64,000 bases of DNA, from contig NC_090338.1 of assembly GCF_035084215.1 (NCBI RefSeq), positions 8,060,001 to 8,124,000 on the forward strand, written 5' to 3'. The DNA is from Heptranchias perlo (taxonomy: Eukaryota). Below, in pieces: positions 10,437-21,807 of the stretch. The stretch's first letter is position 1, and each line of letters starts with the position of its first letter. Both the position numbers and the translations under genes were made by a program. A model generated the notes under the pieces. That model was not told where the DNA came from and ran no database searches. It saw nothing but the letters and a program-made list of their open reading frames with translations.

Positions 10437-11688
10437 GAATCATAGAATCATAGAATAGTTACAGCACAGAAGGAGGCCATTCGGCACATCGAGCCCTTAC
10501 CTGCTCTTTGTCAGAGCAATCCAGTTAGTCCCATTGCCCGCTCTTTCCACGTAGGCCCCAATTTTTTTCCCTTCAAGTATTTATCCAATTCCTTTTTGAA
10601 AGCCATGATTGAATCTACTTCCGACACTCTTTCAGGCAGCACATTCCAGATCATAACAACTCGCTGTGTGAAAACGTTTTTCGTCATGTTGCCTTTGGTT
10701 CCTTTGACAATCAGCTTAAATCTGTGTCCTCTGGTTCTCGACCCTTCCGCCAATGGGAACAGTTTATCTTTATTTACTTTATCTAAACCCGTCATGATTT
10801 TGAACACTTCTATCAAATCTCCTCTCAACCTTCTCTGTTCTAAGGAGAACAACTCCAGCTTCTCCAGTCTATTCACGTAACTGAAGTTCCTCAACACTGG
10901 AATCATTCTAGTAAATCTCTTCTGCACCCTCTCTAAGGTCTTCACATCCTTCCTAAATTGAGGTGCCCAGAATCGGAGACAATACTCTAGTTGTGGCTGA
11001 ACCAGTGTTTTTAAAGGGTCATTAAACTTATTTGCTTTTATACTCTATGCCTCTATTTATAAAGCCCAGGATCCTGTATGCTTATTTAACGACTTTCTCA
11101 ACCTGTCCTGTCACCTTCAAAGATTTGTACACATATACCCCCAAGTCTCTCTGTTCCTGTACCCCTTTAGAATTGTACCATTTAGTTTATATTGCCTCTC
11201 CTTGTTCTTCTTGCCAAAATGTATCACTTTGCATTTCTCTAAGTTAAAATTCATCTGCCATGCGTCTGCCCATTCCACCAGCCTGGCTATGTCCTCTTGA
11301 AGTCTATTGCTATCCTTCTCACTGTTTACTGCACTTCTAAGTTTTGTGTCATCTGCAAATTTTGAAATTGTGCCCTGTACGCCCAAGTCCAAGTCATTAA
11401 TATATATCAAAAAAGCAGTGGTCCTAGTACCAACCCCTGGGGAAAACCACTCTATATCTTCCTCGAGTACAAAATGAACTATTCACCATTACTCTCTGTT
11501 TCCTGTCACTTAGTCAATTTCGTATCCATGCTGCCACTGCCCCTTTTATTCCCTGGGCTTCAATTTTGCTGATAAGCCTATTATATGGCACTTTATCAAA
11601 CACCCTTTGAAAGACCATATACACAACATCAACGGCATTGCCTTCATCAACCCCCTCTGTTACCTTATCAAAAAACTCAATCAAGTTA
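10437..11688 (-). mobile_element. CR1 LINE, 3' part (host of the nested insertion; resumes at 15029-15165)
   Basis: (gaatcata)n tail; minus-strand ORFs YINDLDLGVQGTISKFADDTKL and LERVQKRFTRMIP...RLRGDLIEVFKI. Confidence 0.92.
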
Positions 11689-11705
11689 CCTTATCAAAAA
11701 ACTCA

Positions 11706-14700
11706 TTCTGTAGTAATCTCTGGATTACTCCCCGTGCCATGCGCTAGCAAGTATAGAAATAGAAGGATAGAGCAGGTGAATACGTGGCTGGAGAGATGGT
11801 GCAGGAGGGAGGGCTTTAGATTCCTGGGGCATTGGGACCAGTTCTTGGGAAGGTGGGACCTGTACAGGCCGGAAGGGTTGCACCTTAACAGAGCTAGGAC
11901 CAATGTCCTCACGGGGAAGTTCGCTAGTGGTGTGGGGGGTGGGGGAGGAGCGGGGTTTAAACTAATTTAGCAGAGGGATGGGCACCAGGATGTAGCATTG
12001 GAAAGGAGAAACAAGAGGCACAAAGGATCGGGAGAGAAAGATAGCACCAGAGCAAGTAATAGTACAGTGTTATGTGTGAAAAGATGAAGAGAGAGTAGAA
12101 GAAAGTCTAGGACTGGTCTGTATTGCATGTGCGTAAACGCACGAAGCATAGTAAACAAGGTTGGTGAGCTGCAGGCGCAAATAGCCACATGGGAATACGA
12201 TGTCCTGATAATAACGGAGACCTGGCTCAAAAAAGGGCAGGATCCGCGACTAAACATTCCTGGATACAAAGTGTTCAGGAAAAATAGGGAAGGAAAGAAA
12301 GGGGGTGGGGGTGGGGGTGGCAGTATTGATTAAGGAGAATATTGCAGTACTGGAGAGAGAAGATGTCCTGGAGTGGTCACGGACAGAATCTATTTGGTTA
12401 GAGTTAAGAAATGAAAGAGGTACCATTACATGGCTGGATGTAATGTATAGGCCACCAACTAGTGGGATGGATATAGAGGAGCAAATTTGCAAGGAAATTA
12501 CCAAGAGGTGCAAATCTGTAGAGAAGTGATAACTGAGGACTTCATCTATCCTATTTTAGACTGAGATAACAATAATAATATAAGGGGCAAAGAGGGGGAG
12601 GAAATTTTGAAATTTGTTCAGGATAACTTTCTTGACCAGTACGTTTCCAGCCCAATGAGGAAGGAGGCATTGCTGGACTTGATTCTAGGGAATGAGGCGG
12701 GCCAAGTGGGGCAAGTGTCAGTGGGGGAGCATTTAGGGAGCAGCAATCATAGTATCACAGGGTTTAGAATAGCTATGGAAAAGGACACTGACCACTCTAA
12801 AGTAAAACTACTCAATTGGAGGAGGGGCAATTTCAGTGGGATTAGACCAGATCTGGCCCAGGTAAATTGGAATAAAATATTGGCAGGCAAAACTGTAATT
12901 GAACAGTGGGCGGCCTTTAAAGAGGAGATGGTTCGGGTACAGTCTAGGCACATTCCAATGAGGCAGAAAAGTAGGTCAACTAAAGCCAGAGATCCCTGGA
13001 CGACAAAAGAGATAGTGAATAAGATGAAATGGAAAAAAAGGGCTTTTGACAGATGTCAGGCTAATAACACAAGTGAGAACCAGGCAGAATTTAGAAAGTT
13101 CAGAGGGGAAATGAAAACGAAAATAAGAGGGGCAAAGAGAGAGTATGAGAATAGACTGGCAGCCAACATAAAAGTGAATCCAAAAGTCTTCTACCGGCAT
13201 GTAAATAGTAAGCGGGTAGTAATAGGAGGGGAGGTGCTGATTAGGGACCATAAAGGAGATCGACTCATGGAGGCAGAGGGGATGGCCGAGGTACTAAATG
13301 AATACTTTGCATCCGTCTTTACCAAGGAAGAAGAAGCTGACAGAGACTCAGTAAAGGAAGATATAGCTGAGATACTGGATGGGCTAAAAATTGATAAAGC
13401 AGAGGTACCAGAACGTCTACCTGCACTTAATATAGATAAGTTACCCGGTCCGGATGGGATGCATCCCAGGTTGCTGAGGGAAGTAAGGGTGGAAATTGTA
13501 GCGGTACTGGCCATAATCTTCCAAACATCCATAGATACAAGAGTGGTGACGGAGGACTGGAGAAATGCAAATGTTACACCCTTGTTCAAAAAAGGATGTA
13601 AGGATAAACCCAGCAACTATAGCCACTCAGTTTAACCTTAGTATTGGGGAAACTTTTAGAAATGATAATCCGGGACAGAATTAACAGTCACTTGGACAAG
13701 TGTGGATTGATTAGGAAAAGCCAGCATGGATTTGTTAAATGCAAATCAAGTTTAACTAACCTGATAGAGTTTATTTAGCTGAGAGGGTAGATAAGGGCAA
13801 TGCAGTTGATGTGGTGTATATGGACTTTCAAAAGGCGTTTGATAAAATGCCGCACAGTAGGCTTAACATCAAGATTGCGGCCCATAGAATAAAGAGGGCA
13901 GTAACAACATGGATACAGAGTTGGCTAAGTGACAGGAAACAGAGAGTAGTGGTGAATGGTTGTTTTTCAGACTGGAGGGAGGTATACAGTGGTGTTTCCC
14001 AGGGGTCGGTGCTGGGACCAATGCTTTTCTTGATATATATTAATGACTTGGACTTGGGTGTACAAAAGGGTACAATTTCCAAATTTGCAGATGAGACAAA
14101 ACCTGGAAGGGTAGTAAACAGTGAGGAGGATAGTGATAGACTTCAAGAAGATATAGACAGGCTGGTGGCATGGGCGGACACGTGATAGATGAAATTTAAC
14201 GCAGAAAAATGTGAAGTGATACATTTTGGTAGGAAGGACAAGGCGAGGCAATATAAATTAGATGGCACAACTCTAAATGGGGTACAAGAACAGAGAGATC
14301 TGGGGGTGTATGTGCACAAATCGTTGAAGGTGGCAGGGCAGGTTGAGAAAGTGGTTAAAAAAGCATATGGGATCCTGGGCTTTATAAATACAGGCATAGA
14401 GTACAAAAGTATGGAAGTCATGATGAATCTTTATAAAACACTGGTTCGGCCACAACTAGAGTATTGTGTCCAGTTCTGGGCATGGCATTTTAGAAAAGAT
14501 TTGAAGGCCTTAGAGATGGTGCAGAAGAGATTTACTAGAATGATACCAGGGATGAGTGACTTTAGTTACGTGAATAGGCTAGAGAAGTTGGCGTTGTTCT
14601 GCTTGGAACAGAGAAGGTTGCGAGGAGATTTGTCAGAGGTATTCAAAATCATGAAATGTCTAGAAAGAGTAGATAGAGAGAAACTGTTCCCATTGGCTGA

Positions 14701-15028
14701 AGGGTCAAGAGCCAGAGGACATAGATTTAAGGTGATTGGCAAAAGAACCAAAGGTGACATGAGGAAAATCCTTTTTTACACAGCAAGTGGTTAGGATCTG
14801 GAATGCACTGCCTGAGGGGGTGGTGGAGGCAGAGTCAATCATGGCCTTCAAAAGGGGACTGAATAAATACTTGAAAGGAAAGCAATGCAGGACAACTGGG
14901 ATATGGTGGGGAAGTAGGATTAACTGGATTGCTCTTGCATACAGCTGGCACAGGCTCAATGGACTGAATGGCCTCCTTCCGTGCTGTAACCTTTCTATGA
15001 GTCTATGAGTCTATGATTCTATGATTCT
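11706..15028 (+). mobile_element. CR1 LINE, 5'-truncated within ORF1; degenerate APE-RT ORF2
   Basis: ORF1 SGNH-esterase C-terminus VVISGLLPVP...GLHLN; APE NARSIVNK and ITETWL; RT YMDFQKAFDK, QGSVLGP and KFADET; (tctatga)n tail; TSD AAGTTA (11683-11688, 15029-15034). Confidence 0.95.
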
Positions 15029-15165
15029 AAGTTAGTTAAACATGATTTGCTTTAACAAATCCGTGCTGGCTTTCCTTTATTCGTCCATACTTGTTCAAGT
15101 GACTCTTAACTTTGTCCTGGATTATATTTTCTCAAAGCTTACCCCGCCGAGTTTAAACTGACAGA
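15029..15165 (-). mobile_element. 5' remainder of the minus-strand CR1 interrupted at 11688
   Basis: aagttagttaaacatgatttgctttaacaaatccgtgctgg continues the RT sequence (SQHGFVK...NL) from the 11688 break. Confidence 0.8.
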
Positions 15166-15360
15166 ACTTTAAAAAAAGAGAAATGGAAGGAAAGTCTCAA
15201 CATTAAAACCTAAATTACACTTTAAAGGATTAGTAACGACGCTTAAAGACAAATGTTGCGAAAGAAAATGAACAGCTGCTTATGTGAATGTCTTTGTATT
15301 ATGGTTGTACACTACTAAAAGGCTCATTGTGACTGTTCGTCCTTACTCCGTGAACAATCC

Positions 15361-15430
15361 AGCTTTAAGAATAACTGGTGCAGTTATCGGCAGGAACTCG
15401 TTGCGTCACTGTATACCAATGAGGAGCTTA
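15361..15430 (+). promoter_or_regulatory. Degenerate CSE of psi1 (CGCT changed to CACT; ATTGG changed to ATCGG)
   Basis: Aligns to 5894-5960; the core reads GCGTCACTGTATACCAAT at 15403-15420. Confidence 0.8.
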
Positions 15431-15497
15431 AATACAACGATAGATTCATTGGTCCATTCCAGCACAGAACGAGAATGGAATCAAAGAGAAAGACAAT

Positions 15498-16995
15498 CAG
15501 TTTGAACGCAACAACAGGATAAATTACAATCCAAGAAATATTTGATTATGAAGAAGCAGTTATGCGATTGATGTTCAAGCTGTGGACAATGATTCGCCAG
15601 AAATTGCAGGACATTCCAAAGTTCTGAGCAAACTAATTGATGTAAGTGGGAACGCCCCCGAGATATCACTAGCTTTAGTATCTGGCATGATCCCCGAAGA
15701 TGCTGCTCCCGGGGCTGTGATAGCTTTGATCAATCGTGATTTTGAAGAAAACGGCTAAGTGCACTGCCAGAACTCTAAGAACGTCCTATTTAAACTTCAA
15801 ACATCTTGGAGTAACCATTATAAATCGATTACCAGTGTCTTCTTGGATCGTTAAACGGTTCCAATGTGTAACATACGCGTTTCAACCTCGGACTCGGGGT
15901 TTCCTTCACTTTCAACAAATGAAACCATCCAGATATCGGTTTCTGATGTAAATGATAACGCGCCACGATTTGCCCCTCTTCGTTCACCGTGTATATGATG
16001 GAGAACAACGCTCCTGGTGCTTCTATTTCCGCAGTGACTTAGTTCAATTCAGATCAGGAACAGAATTCCTTTGTTTCATATTCTTTCAAAGATAATCTTA
16101 TCCAAGACTCGCCAGTGTCCACTTACCTCAGTATTAATTCGATGAACGGGACCATTTACGCGCTGCGCTCTTTTGACTTCGATCAACTCAAAAACTTCCA
16201 AATCCAAGTTTAAACCCGTGACGCGAGAGTTCCCCCGCTGAGCAGCGGCGCCACGTTGAATGTGATTTTCTTTGATCAAAATGACAACGCTCCGGTAAAT
16301 GTTTCGCTTTCATCGTGGAGCGGATCAGCAGCAGCGGAAGTCGTGCCACAGTCTGCAGGTCAGGGGTATTTGGTCACTAAGATAATTGCAACTGATTCTG
16401 ATTATAGTCTGAACGCACGGTTCTTTTGCCAAGTGCTGAAAGCAACTGATCGCAGTTGGGTCAACGTTGGACTTCATGCTGGAGAAATCAGAACTGTCTG
16501 AAGTATTTTGGAGCAAGATGCCACCATGCAAAGCCTGGTCATCTTGGCGGAGGATAATGAACAGCCGAGCCTCTTCAGCACCGCTGCAATCCTCTTTTCA
16601 ATCTTGGCCAATGTTAGTGAAATATTTTCTGAAAGCAGCAACCTGGTCAGAAATCCTCACCATATCTCTGATCTAAATCTCTATTTAATCATCGCTTTGG
16701 GGTCAAGTTCCTTTATATTGCTGACAATCATCATTTTCCTTTTTGGCATCAAATGTAAATAGGACAGAAATATTACTGAAGAACACAACTCCCCAAGGCG
16801 TTGCTGCATACGGGGGAATTTGAATGATGCCTATCCTCGGAGGTCGGTGCCAAAAGATTCTTTAAATTATTGTGGTCTAAGTGTCCCCGTAGCCGAAACG
16901 TATCGTTATACCGTCTGTCTATCACCAGAATCATCCAAGAGTGATTTTATTTTCTAAGGCCTTGCAATCCACTCTTGCCTCAGGAGCAACGCTAA
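15498..16995 (+). pseudogene. Protocadherin pseudogene psi1 (group A); lacks ATG, signal peptide, EC1, EC2 and part of EC3
   Basis: The 5' leader is fused directly to EC3 sequence (agtttgaacgcaacaacagg = V2 7069). It has frameshifts and stops, with remnants NVIFFDQNDNAPV and TM LYLIIALGSSSFILL, and ends LPQEQR*. Confidence 0.92.
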
Positions 16996-18013
16996 TTTGT
17001 TTGAAAGTGGTGAAAATTTAGAACGAAAGTTATTTATTATAATATATGTTTTAAGATGAAATACAGTAGTTATTTTTTGTTCGCCTCAGTCGCCCTTACT
17101 ATTTCTAGAAAAAAAAACTCCACTGGGATACTGTCGGTGTTACAATCTAAGGAAGTGGGAACAAATGCAATATTACATTATAAAGGACTTTGGGGAAGGG
17201 ACAATATGATAGGTACTCATATTGTCAGAATCACATTCATTTCATCTCAATTGTCATTTACTGAAACGTTTATATTATTTGACTTTCACTGACATGACTT
17301 CAGATTGAGTTTATAATATTGATGTTTGGCTAACAATAGACTCGGACACTCTCAATTTCTGAAATTAGATCCTATCACGGTTTTACAGATTCACTTTGTC
17401 CTTGATAGACAGCATGACAAAGGGTCGTCCATATTTCACACCCTCGTTAATCTGTTTTAGTATCGGACCCGGCAGTTACTTGTTCGAGGAGTGTTTTTAG
17501 ATTTTTAAAAATTGATTCAAAAATAGGTGACATGAAATTCAGAAGAATGTTGAATTTCAGTTTCAATATCTGGAAAATTGTAAGACACATTGCAGAAACA
17601 CGGTTCTTTCTATCGTTAAAGAGGTCGCCATGGTTTGAAAACATATTTATTAATATTTCCCATAATAATTTCCTGCTCTTGACTTGTGAAGGCGCAGACT
17701 TTGGAGTCTGTGAATTTAATTTCTTAATAATTTCCCTAACTGAGATTCGCGGACGCCAAAATCTGTGCCTTCACAAGTCAAGAAGGTCACTCACACGATA
17801 CGTTGGGTCACAGAAATATTGATGGCATTGTTCCTTTGCTTTTTACTTTAAAGGTGAATCGATGGGGGAGTCTCAGCACTTCATCTTAAATCACAGTCTA
17901 AAGCGGTAGTAATAACTTTTGAAGAGAGATGTTGCAAAATAAACCGAACAGTTGATTTTATCAACGACTGCATTTTATGGTTGTGCACTATTAAATATCT
18001 ACGAGAACAGTCT

Positions 18014-18080
18014 AGCTTTAAGAATTGCTGATGTAGTTATTCAAAAGGACTGGTTGTGTCGCTGTGTACCAATGAGAAGC
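18014..18080 (+). promoter_or_regulatory. CSE (CGCT box) of V3
   Basis: AGCTTTAAGAA...GTGTCGCTGTGTACCAATGAGAAGC; CGCT at 18060-18063, 255 bp before the ATG. Confidence 0.85.
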
Positions 18081-18314
18081 TCAAATGCGGCGATAGATCC
18101 ATTGCCCCTCCCCCATCACAGACAGAGATCAGAATCAACGAGAAACGCGAGCAGTGCCTGCGTTTAGATTGTGGAGCCAAGCTCAGAAGGATAAAAATCG
18201 CCTCTTTGTAAATTCGGCATTTCGATATATCGGTGCACGTATTTTGAGGTAAGACCAGCTCTGCCGTTTAATCGACTACAGGCCTGGTTTTGGAAAATAA
18301 TTCAGCCCGGTACA

Positions 18315-20711
18315 ATGGCGAACTCACAGAGCAACAACGCCTTAGCATTCCAGACGTTTGCTTTTATTTTCCTGGTATGTACACCAGACCTGATTTCCGG
18401 ACAAATTCGGTATTCTATTCCCGAGGAAATGGAGCAAGGCGCTTTTGTTGGGGATATTGCCCGAGATTTGGGGCTGAATGTCCGGCAATTGTCAGCTCGC
18501 AAATTTCGGCTAGCCTCTGATGACGGAAGGCAGTACATGAAGGTTAGTTTGGATAATGGGGTTTTATCTATCCGTGAAAGAATCGACAGGGAACATGTTT
18601 GTGGACAAGTAGCTAGTTGCATTCTTCCTTTCGAAATCATAATAGAAAATCCTTTAGCGATGTATCGCGGTGAAGTGGAGATTCTCGATATAAATGATAA
18701 TTCCCCCAGTTTCCCGGACAGCACAATTTCCTTACAGATGGCCGAAACAATCGCACCAGGGGTACGCTTCCCTCTCGAGAGCGCTGAGGATCCGGACTTT
18801 GGAATAAACACAATCGCATCGTACAAACTCAGTTCCAACGAGCACTTCGGCCTAAAAATGCAGACAACGGAGGATGGTATTAAAGTTGCCGAGTTGTTGT
18901 TGGAGAAACCTTTGGACCGCGAGCAGCAGTCGTCCTTTCAGCTGGTGCTGACGGCGACTGATGGTGGGACCCCGCACAGGTCTGGCACAGCTCAGATTCT
19001 CATTACCGTACTAGACAGCAACGATAACCCACCCGTATTCGAACATGCGATTTACAGGAGCAGCTTAACGGAGAATTCACCCAAGGGTACCTTGGTGATC
19101 AAAGTCAGCGCCAGTGATCCGGACGAAGGTCCGAATGCTGAGTTAACGTATTCTTTCAGCAAACTTGCTTCTCCACGAGTACGTGAATTGTTCCGTTTGG
19201 ACCCACACACAGGAGAGATTAGTGTTCAAACAGCGCTAGATTTTGAAGAATCAAATAGCTATTCACTTGATGTTCAAGCTGTGGACCACGGTTACCCGGT
19301 AATTGCAGGACATTCCAAAGTTCTGATCAAGGTAATCGATGTAAACGACAACGCCCCCGAGATAAAAGTGACGTCAGTGTCGAGCATGGTCCCGGAAGAT
19401 GTTGCGCCAGGAACTTTGATAACTTTAATCAATGTAATCGATCGTGATTCTGGAGAAAACGGACAGGTTGACTGCCAAATTCCAAAGAACGTCCCCTTTA
19501 AGCTTCAAACATCTTCGAGTAACCATTATAAATTGATTACCAGTGGCTTGTTGGACCGTGAAACGGTTCCAATGTATAACATACCAGTGTTAGCCTGGGA
19601 CTCGGGGTCTCCTTCACTGTCATCAAATAAAACCATCCAGATATCGGTTTCTGACATAAATGATAACGCACCACGATTTGCCCAAACGTCGTACACTGTG
19701 TATGTGATGGAGAACAACGCTCCTGGTGCTTCAGTTCTTGTAGTTACTGCTTTGGATCCAGATGCGGATCAGAATTCCTATATTTCCTATGCCATGATGG
19801 CGAATCTGATCCAAGATGTGCCAGCGTCTACTTACATCAACGTTAACTCCAACAATGGGGACATTTACGCGCTGCGCTCTTTTGACTACGAGCAACTGAA
19901 GAACTTTCAGATCCAAGTTCAAGCGCGTGATGGTGGAGTTCCCCCACTGAGCAGCAGCGCCACAGTGAATGTGATTATCCTGGATCAAAATGACAACGCT
20001 CCCGTAATTGTTTCGCCTTCAGCACGGAGCGGATCAGCAGCAGTGGAGATCGTGCCTCAGTCAGCGGGTCAGGGGTACTTGGTTACCAAGATAATTGCAA
20101 CGGATGCCGATTCTGGCCAGAACGCTCGGCTATTCTACCAGGTGCTGAAAGCAACTGATGCCAGTTTGTTCAACGTGGGGCTTAACTCTGGAGAAATCAG
20201 AACAGCCCGAGGTATTTTGGAGCAAGATGCCATCACGCAAAGTCTGGTGATCTTGGTGAAGGATAATGGCCAGCCGAGCCTCTCCAACACGGCTACAATC
20301 CTCTTTTCAATCTTGGCCAATGTTACTGAAAGATTCTCTGAAAGTAGCAACTTGGTCAGAAATCCTGAATATATATCTGATTTAAATCTCTATTTAATCA
20401 TCGCTTTAGGGTCAACGACTTTAATATTTCTTGCAATTATCATTTTCCTGGTTGGCATCAAGTGTAAACAGGACAGAAGTATTATTGAAGACTACAACTC
20501 CCCAATATGTTGCTACAGCCGGGCGGATTCAAATTATACCTACGCCGGGAGACCTGCGCCGACAGAACCTTTAAATTATAATGGTGTTGGAGAGCTGGTT
20601 CCCAACCCTGAACCTTATCATTATACAGTTTGTTTATCCCCGGAATCATCCAAGACTGATTTTTTGTTTTTGAAGCCCTATATTTCACCGTTGCCCCAAG
20701 AGCAATGTTAG
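18315..20711 (+). CDS. Clustered protocadherin variable-type exon V3 (group A), 798 aa
   Basis: Signal peptide, QIRYSIPEE, CGQVASC, six cadherin repeats, TM, tail YTVCLSPESSKTDFLFLKP, stop TAG; AATAAA at 20788-20793. Confidence 0.96.
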   Translation: MANSQSNNALAFQTFAFIFLVCTPDLISGQIRYSIPEEMEQGAFVGDIARDLGLNVRQLSARKFRLASDDGRQYMKVSLDNGVLSIRERIDREHVCGQVASCILPFEIIIENPLAMYRGEVEILDINDNSPSFPDSTISLQMAETIAPGVRFPLESAEDPDFGINTIASYKLSSNEHFGLKMQTTEDGIKVAELLLEKPLDREQQSSFQLVLTATDGGTPHRSGTAQILITVLDSNDNPPVFEHAIYRSSLTENSPKGTLVIKVSASDPDEGPNAELTYSFSKLASPRVRELFRLDPHTGEISVQTALDFEESNSYSLDVQAVDHGYPVIAGHSKVLIKVIDVNDNAPEIKVTSVSSMVPEDVAPGTLITLINVIDRDSGENGQVDCQIPKNVPFKLQTSSSNHYKLITSGLLDRETVPMYNIPVLAWDSGSPSLSSNKTIQISVSDINDNAPRFAQTSYTVYVMENNAPGASVLVVTALDPDADQNSYISYAMMANLIQDVPASTYINVNSNNGDIYALRSFDYEQLKNFQIQVQARDGGVPPLSSSATVNVIILDQNDNAPVIVSPSARSGSAAVEIVPQSAGQGYLVTKIIATDADSGQNARLFYQVLKATDASLFNVGLNSGEIRTARGILEQDAITQSLVILVKDNGQPSLSNTATILFSILANVTERFSESSNLVRNPEYISDLNLYLIIALGSTTLIFLAIIIFLVGIKCKQDRSIIEDYNSPICCYSRADSNYTYAGRPAPTEPLNYNGVGELVPNPEPYHYTVCLSPESSKTDFLFLKPYISPLPQEQC

Positions 20712-21682
20712 GTAGCAGCAACGTGATGGCAATGAGGAGGAAGAAATTAGCTCTTCTGGTCATATATGCCGGTTTACTTCCACCGGCAATAAAGTAGGAA
20801 GCACAAAGCCTTGTTATAATGCAAATTGTATGGCTAAATACCCCCTTAAGCGCATCCATAAAAGATCATTAAGGGAATGAATTAATAAATAAATAGTTAA
20901 ATCTATATGAAATACTCTGGGGTTAACCTCTTTTTTTACTTTTATTGATGAGATACCGCTTAGCTAACAAAAAATGTCTTTATTTAACATTTGCTATCCT
21001 TAAAATAGACGCACCTTCACTGATTACTGTAACATTTCAACAGTAATTTCACTCATAGTAAATGGGGATAAACGATCGATAAATATGTGGAAGTTGGGGA
21101 AGAGTGAGGTATGCAGAAATTGAAAGGATTAAACATCCGCAATGTTGCTGAGCCAAATTGGGATACGCCCTTGAATCTTCAAGGAATTAAAGGGAGACAT
21201 TGATGATGCCTTGGTTTATATTTTCTGAACTCCGTAAATATCGAAGTAGCACATGAGAGCCGGGAGCTAGCAAGTGTAGTTCCAAGATTCAGAAGTAAGA
21301 CTATGAGTCACACCTGGTAATTAAAGGCTGATCTATCTAATGTCCATGGTGTGATAAATACATGAGTTTCTTCTAAAGATTAATATAAATAATCATGTAA
21401 GGAACACATACACCATAGGGACCAGTTGGTAGAAGTAATAATCATCATGCCCTGATGGCATTTTCCCGGGGACATAACAACGCTAGTTTTTTCGGTGGTA
21501 ATCCAGTAGATGTCGTTAATTTGAATTTTGAAAAGGGGACAAATAAAGTTTTTCGCATGAGGCTCAGTGGGAATATTAAAACTTATAGAATAAATGAAGA
21601 TCGTCTCGATGTATTGTGATTTGGCGGCGGGTAATGACAAATGGAAAATGCAGTACTTGGGAAAAAGTAACCATTGGCTTTC

Positions 21683-21807
21683 ATAGAATCTTTTAGAATC
21701 ATACAGCACAGAAGGGCTGTTGTGCCCGTGCCGGCTTTTTGAAAGAACTATCCAATTAGTCCCATTACTCCAATCTTCCCTGCCCTGCAAATTTTTCCTT
21801 TTCAAGT
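21683..21807 (-). mobile_element. CR1 3' tail (host of the nested insertion; resumes at ~24664-24990)
   Basis: tagaatcatacagcacagaagg...atttttccttttcaagt continues as atatatccagttcccttttgaaag after the + strand insert. Confidence 0.75.

Noticed and set aside
12607-13635. 342-aa ORF as a host gene
   Set aside because: It is an internal fragment of degenerate CR1 ORF2.
14990-15028. Short tandem repeat (tctatga[gt])n as an array or CRISPR
   Set aside because: It is the ordinary CR1 3' microsatellite tail with no spacers, in eukaryotic DNA.
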